Shown: piece by piece, positions 59,327-64,000 of the stretch | Layout of the letters: each line of letters starts with the position of its first letter | Position numbering within the stretch: position 1 is the stretch's first letter | Position numbers and translations under genes: made by a program | Source of the DNA: Nitrososphaeria archaeon | GTDB taxonomy: Archaea > Thermoproteota > Nitrososphaeria > Geothermarchaeales > JDFR-13 | Assembly (NCBI GenBank): GCA_027078545.1 | Contig: JALWXN010000004.1 | Span: 896,001 to 960,000, forward strand | Direction of reading: 5' to 3' | Length of the DNA: 64,000 bases | Notes under the pieces: model-generated | Told to the model about the DNA's origin: nothing | What the model saw: the letters and a program-made list of their open reading frames with translations, nothing else | Database searches by the model: none

Positions 59327-61640
59327 CCAGGTAGACAACACCAAGAACCAGTAGGAATACGATGAGGATGTTCTCGCTGAATAGAGAGGCTATAGGCCTC
59401 AAAGGCTCGACGTAGCCAATAGCCGTGGCTCCACTCCTAGAGATAAGGTCTGCGAGGAGCATCCCAACGCCTAGGGCCAGGGGCGCGGCTATCGGGAGTA
59501 TAACCACCAACTGTAGGACGCTGAGCCCCGCTATCAAGCCGTTCCCCATACCCAGGCTCTTCATTATGGCGAGCTCCTTGTTACGGGCCTCCGAGTCCAC
59601 GGAGTAGATCGATGATAGGCTTATAAGGCTGGCTATTAGGAGGGCAAATACTATGCCCGTGTTGAGCCCCAGTATGAAGTTCATCATGAACTGTATATTA
59701 TCGATGATCTCCTCCTTCGTGACGTAGTCAACGGAGACCAGTGGGTTCTCCTCAATGGCCTCCTTTACCTGCTCAGAGACCTCCTCAGGGTCTCCGGAGA
59801 CGTCGAGATAGGCGACTAGGGAGCGTCTACCAAGCTCATCCTCAGGTGTATCAGTCATGAGTATGTACTGCTCCTGGGTCACGAGGAGGTAGTACCCATT
59901 ATTAAGCCTCGAGATGGAGATACCCACCACCTTCAGCCTATATATGTCCCCATCAACCGCCGCCTCAATATAGTCACCCACATCTACACCCTTGAGTAGG
60001 GCCAGGCTCCTAGATATGACAGCCTCACCTAGGGCACTAGGGTATCTACCCCTCTCCAGTGGGAAGGCCACACCGGGGTCTCCTGCTAAGCCAGTCACGA
60101 TCTGTGAGACCTCTACCTGGCCGAAGACGTCTAGTACAGTATCCCTAGCTATGAGGTAGTAGCCAGTGACATTCTCATTATTCAAGAGGGCATCCTCGAC
60201 TATGGATGGTAGGTCTTCCAGGACTATACCCGATGTGGTGGATATGAAGAGGTTGGTCTCGAAGGGGATATCACCCCTATAGTTCTCCACTATCCCGTGT
60301 AGGCCATAAGCCTCCATGTTAAGGGCTGCCACCGCGCCCCAGAGGATGACTATGCTTAGCAGGACCCCCACAAACTTCCAGGGCCTTGAGAAGAGGTCCC
60401 TCACACCTATGCTTATCGATGTCCTGAGGAGCCTCAGCCTGACTGGCGTCCTTACCGAGTATAGCCCCGTCGTAGATATGGACCTGACGATATTTACCGA
60501 TGAGGCTATGGCGAAGGGTATCAACGCCCCGATGCCAACCATCCCCATCACGATCAGGGTTATTGAGGCTATCACGTCCTCACCGGCGTAGAAGCCTAGG
60601 GTCGAGATCAGTATCTCAGCAATCTCCGAGTCCCTTACTATGAAGTTGACATAGATATACTCTGCAGCCATTGGGGCGAAGGCTACACCGAGAAGTGTGC
60701 CTATCAGGCCCCTGATGATCCATGGGAGGCTATAATACTTGAATATACCCGCCCTAGACATGCCCATCGACTTGAGCGTCGCGACTATCTTCACCTCCCT
60801 AATAACTAGGGTTGACCCTGCAGAGGCTACGAGCAGAGGGATGAGGCCTATCACTATGGAGATGGGTATGGTTAGGATCGTGGATGCACTCTCGAGGAGT
60901 ACCACAACCGGGTTCGTCTCCTTCTTATTGACGAGGGTGAAGAAGTGTCTATACCCATTCTCTTCGACGAGGGCCTCAAGCCTCTCAGCCAGCCGGTCCA
61001 GATCAATGCCGGAGTCTGGGTCTACATATACCCCTATCACGATAGCCCTATCACCAACCAACTCGTCGATAAACTCCCTATCCAGGACAAGGGCGTGGGA
61101 CATCCCACCTAGGTGTGCGAATCCACGGGCGACACCCACTATCTCAACAGTGGTGTTGACCTGCCTACCGTCGGGTGAGACGGCTAGTATCTCGACCCTA
61201 TCCCCAATCTCTAGGAGCTGCTCACCACCCGGTGAGGGGCCTGTCAAGGCGTAGTAGAAGACAGCCTCCCCAGTATCCCTAGGCATCGAGCCGTTCAGGT
61301 CGAATACTGTTAGGGGCTCTACATACCTCTCATCGGTGAGGCTAACCGCATATTTAGACCCGTTGATTTCGATATCTCCGAACCAGACCTTGTAGGACTT
61401 AACCGTATCTACACCGGCCTCCTCCCTAACAGTATCGACGAAGTCCAGTGGGAAGACCCCGAATATGGCGACGTCACCTATAACGGCCCTGAACTGTTTA
61501 TATGCATGTTCAGACATGTTCTCCGCAAGTATGACTAGGGAGCCGTAGGACATTATCGAGACGAATATGAGGAGTATGATTGAGACTGTCTCCACCTTCC
61601 TCCTATATACCAGGCGGAGGCCCCCCTTGGCAATCGTCAT
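59271..61640 (-). CDS. FtsX/MacB-family ABC permease (duplicated)
   Basis: Two MacB-like halves, REVKIVATLKSMG and RNKELAIMKSLG, GRYP...GEAVIS. Confidence 0.88.
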   Translation of the reverse strand: MTIAKGGLRLVYRRKVETVSIILLIFVSIMSYGSLVILAENMSEHAYKQFRAVIGDVAIFGVFPLDFVDTVREEAGVDTVKSYKVWFGDIEINGSKYAVSLTDERYVEPLTVFDLNGSMPRDTGEAVFYYALTGPSPGGEQLLEIGDRVEILAVSPDGRQVNTTVEIVGVARGFAHLGGMSHALVLDREFIDELVGDRAIVIGVYVDPDSGIDLDRLAERLEALVEENGYRHFFTLVNKKETNPVVVLLESASTILTIPISIVIGLIPLLVASAGSTLVIREVKIVATLKSMGMSRAGIFKYYSLPWIIRGLIGTLLGVAFAPMAAEYIYVNFIVRDSEIAEILISTLGFYAGEDVIASITLIVMGMVGIGALIPFAIASSVNIVRSISTTGLYSVRTPVRLRLLRTSISIGVRDLFSRPWKFVGVLLSIVILWGAVAALNMEAYGLHGIVENYRGDIPFETNLFISTTSGIVLEDLPSIVEDALLNNENVTGYYLIARDTVLDVFGQVEVSQIVTGLAGDPGVAFPLERGRYPSALGEAVISRSLALLKGVDVGDYIEAAVDGDIYRLKVVGISISRLNNGYYLLVTQEQYILMTDTPEDELGRRSLVAYLDVSGDPEEVSEQVKEAIEENPLVSVDYVTKEEIIDNIQFMMNFILGLNTGIVFALLIASLISLSSIYSVDSEARNKELAIMKSLGMGNGLIAGLSVLQLVVILPIAAPLALGVGMLLADLISRSGATAIGYVEPLRPIASLFSENILIVFLLVLGVVYLVNYLKARRLDVVRVIQEI

Positions 61641-62305
61641 TGCAGGACACCGTCCCTTATCGAGATTATCCTATCGGCATAGCTGGCTAGCTGGGTATCA
61701 TGAGTAGCAAAGACAACCGTCTTACCCAGCTCCCTAGCCCTCCGGAGAAGCTCTACTATACGCAGCTTATTGGTATAGTCCAGGTTGGCTGTAGGCTCAT
61801 CCGCAAGGATCAGCTTGGGATCCCCAGCCAATGCCCTGGCTATAGCCACCCTCTGCTGCTCCCCACCACTCAGCTCAGAGGGGAAGCGGTCCATCTTATC
61901 CCCAAGCCCCACAAATTCTAGGAGCCCCCTAGCCCTCTCCATCCTCTCCTTCTTGGGTAGTCCCGCCAGCTCAGCCTGTAGAAGGACGTTCTCATAGGCC
62001 GTCAACACGGGTATGAGGTGGAAGAACTGGAAGACGATCCCTACGTTACGCCTCCTCCACATCGCTAGGCGAGAGTCTGAGAGGCCTGTGATATCCTCGC
62101 CACTCACCCTTATAGAGCCCTTAGTAGGCCTGTCAAGCCCACCCATCAAGTATAGGAGCGTTGACTTCCCAGACCCGCTGGGGCCCACCAGAGCCACAAA
62201 CTCAGACTCACCGATCTCTAGGGAGACACCCCTGAGGGCTGGTACCACCACCTTACCTATCCTATACTCCTTCCAGACATCCCTGACCTCCACCATAGCC
62301 CCCAT
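61637..62305 (-). CDS. LolD/MacB-type ABC ATP-binding protein
   Basis: [43 protein letters not shown]. Confidence 0.95.
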   Translation of the reverse strand: MGAMVEVRDVWKEYRIGKVVVPALRGVSLEIGESEFVALVGPSGSGKSTLLYLMGGLDRPTKGSIRVSGEDITGLSDSRLAMWRRRNVGIVFQFFHLIPVLTAYENVLLQAELAGLPKKERMERARGLLEFVGLGDKMDRFPSELSGGEQQRVAIARALAGDPKLILADEPTANLDYTNKLRIVELLRRARELGKTVVFATHDTQLASYADRIISIRDGVLQ

Positions 62306-62414
62306 AGCATATCCCCCAGCGGGGTATTCACTAAACCCAATGCCTACACCGATTATCTAGCCTAATATATATCCCGCTGAGACATCAAGTTGATTAAAGC
62401 CAAGGTAGGTCGTC

Positions 62415-63017
62415 ATGGCTAGGTACCTAGTACTGGGGGGTGGGGAGCCTAGATACACCTATATCCTCATGGGTATCAGTATAGGGGCATACATAGCTGG
62501 GGCCATAGCCTCTGGCAACCCCCTCCAGATCTATAGGAGTGGCTACTTCTACCTCTACGCATTCACCAAGACCGTGTTCGGCGGGATCTATCCATGGCAG
62601 CTCGTCACATCCCTATTCATCCACCTCGATATAATACACATCATGTTCAACATGTTCTTCCTCTTCCTCCTAGGGACGCAGCTCGAGAGACTGGCTGGGA
62701 GCACCAAGCTCCTCGAGGTATACCTCCTCTCAGGACTGGCTGGGAACATACTCAGCCTACTTATGGCGCCGAGGGTTATTGTAGCCGGTGCAAGCGGAGC
62801 AATATTCGGGATCTTTGGCTACCTCATAATGTTCTCAGGAACCCTAGGCGGCCAGATAAGGACGATGCTGCTCTACGCCCTATTCATATTCCTGATAAAC
62901 TCCCTGATACCGGGTGTCGATATAGCCGGGCATCTAGGTGGGCTCTTCGCCGGCCTGGTTCTAGGCTACATGGATGGTAGGAGGTTAATATCGGAGATCC
63001 GCCGTTTCAGGTTTTAG
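62415..63017 (+). CDS. Rhomboid intramembrane serine protease
   Basis: WQLVTSLFIH, HIMFNM, GASG, GHLGG. Confidence 0.93.
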   Translation: MARYLVLGGGEPRYTYILMGISIGAYIAGAIASGNPLQIYRSGYFYLYAFTKTVFGGIYPWQLVTSLFIHLDIIHIMFNMFFLFLLGTQLERLAGSTKLLEVYLLSGLAGNILSLLMAPRVIVAGASGAIFGIFGYLIMFSGTLGGQIRTMLLYALFIFLINSLIPGVDIAGHLGGLFAGLVLGYMDGRRLISEIRRFRF

Positions 63018-63025
63018 ACACGGCT

Positions 63026-63925
63026 ATGAAGATCCTCTCGATCGACGGTGGGGGGAGCAAGACAGAGATACTCCTATGGGAAGACGGGGCGACACACCTC
63101 GAGAGGCTTGGGGCTGGGATAAACCACCACATCCATGGCGGCGATGCTAAGAAGAGGGTACAGGAGATACTAGATAGGTATGAAGCCGATATAGTTGTCC
63201 TGGGCCTGGCGGGCCTCGACACACCTAGGGACTGGATCTATTGGAGAAAGGCCATGGGCGAGAGGGTTGGAGAGGACATCATCCTGGTCCATGACGTTGA
63301 TATGGCCCTCTACGCAGGCGAGGGTAGGGGCGTGGGGATAGTCGTCATCTCAGGGACGGGATCCAACGTATATGCCAGGAATGGGGATAGATGGGTAAAG
63401 ATGGGGGACTGGGGATCCCCATATGGAGACGACTACTCCGCCCATGAGCTGGGCAGGATAGTCCTAAGGAGGTTCCTAAGGATGTATGACGGTAGATCCC
63501 CGAGAACCTCTCTCTACAACTACCTAGTGGATAGGCTGGGCCCCAGCCCCATAGACACGATATATGGCCTAGACATACCCGGCGTGGCAAGGATAGGTGT
63601 GGAGACATGTATAGAGATGCCCCATGAGGTGGTAGACGCCTTAGATGGTATAGCCTATGGACTGGCCAGGACCGCCCAACTAGCCGCTGAGAGGCTGGGA
63701 CTATTAAACGCCAGGATCCACTATACTGGTGGGCTTTTCCGATGCCCTTTATACGCCAAGCTCTTCAGGAAGCATATTAGGTATAGGGGGCTAATACTAG
63801 GTAGGTATATAGGACACCCCGTCGTGGGTGGGGTGGCAATAGCCCTCGAGAAGACGGGCCAACCAGTCGATCCCCAGGTTATTGAGGAGCTGGATAAGAG
63901 GCTTGATAGTGATGAGCAGGGCTAG
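63026..63925 (+). CDS. BadF/BadG/BcrA/BcrD ATPase family, N-acetylglucosamine-kinase-like
   Basis: IDGGGSKT, GLAG, ISGTGS, GDWGSPYGDD.S, TGG. Confidence 0.85.
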   Translation: MKILSIDGGGSKTEILLWEDGATHLERLGAGINHHIHGGDAKKRVQEILDRYEADIVVLGLAGLDTPRDWIYWRKAMGERVGEDIILVHDVDMALYAGEGRGVGIVVISGTGSNVYARNGDRWVKMGDWGSPYGDDYSAHELGRIVLRRFLRMYDGRSPRTSLYNYLVDRLGPSPIDTIYGLDIPGVARIGVETCIEMPHEVVDALDGIAYGLARTAQLAAERLGLLNARIHYTGGLFRCPLYAKLFRKHIRYRGLILGRYIGHPVVGGVAIALEKTGQPVDPQVIEELDKRLDSDEQG

Positions 63926-64000
63926 GATAGCTGGCTACACAGCCTACACCGCGATATTCCTACTAGGCATCCTACTCGGGGGTGGGATGCCCGATGAGGC
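63912..64000 (+). CDS. Start of a hypothetical membrane protein, truncated by the window end
   Basis: ATG 63912 MSRARIAGYTAYTAIFLLGILLGG, overlapping the previous stop. Confidence 0.5.
   Translation, partial: MSRARIAGYTAYTAIFLLGILLGGGMPDE

Noticed and set aside
1-64000. Numerous 60-215 aa ORFs antisense to or nested in the called genes
   Set aside because: Ser/Pro/Leu-rich shadow translations without motifs, fully overlapping well-supported genes
1-64000. CRISPR array, tRNA, rRNA, transposase or integrase
   Set aside because: No regularly spaced repeats, cloverleaf/T-loop pattern, extended rRNA sequence or recombinase motifs seen by eye

Overview
Gene-dense, GC-rich chromosomal segment of a probably thermophilic archaeon of TACK/Thermoproteota type. 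This assignment rests on AGG/ATA-rich codons, TATA promoters, Trm14, TmcA/Nat10, a PolB2 operon and a C/D-box sRNA. About 58 CDS are supportable. They cover tRNA modification (trm14-tmcA-ASCH), a three-gene surface-protease operon whose products all end in the same zinc ribbon, AlaX, a GatB-AspRS fusion with gatA/gatC, Lrp, glnA, a K+ channel, and a RadA-like/PolB2 cassette. Further along are acetyl-CoA synthetase, an AT-richer ABC-exporter/secreted-protein island, methylcitrate and beta-oxidation genes, a BMP-type nucleoside ABC importer with an HTH-PRTase regulator, an ECF S-component, a MacB/FtsX ABC pair, a rhomboid protease and a BadF-type kinase. No tRNA, rRNA, CRISPR array or transposase was seen. 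The best candidates for new biology are: (1) a PRC-barrel/Zn-ribbon/membrane-helix protein co-encoded with two Zn-ribbon-tailed membrane proteases; (2) a covalent GatB-AspRS transamidosome; (3) an ASCH putative ac4C hydrolase overlapping the ac4C writer TmcA; (4) an unannotated dual-guide C/D-box sRNA against 16S rRNA. All family calls come from motif recognition by eye; no database search was run.
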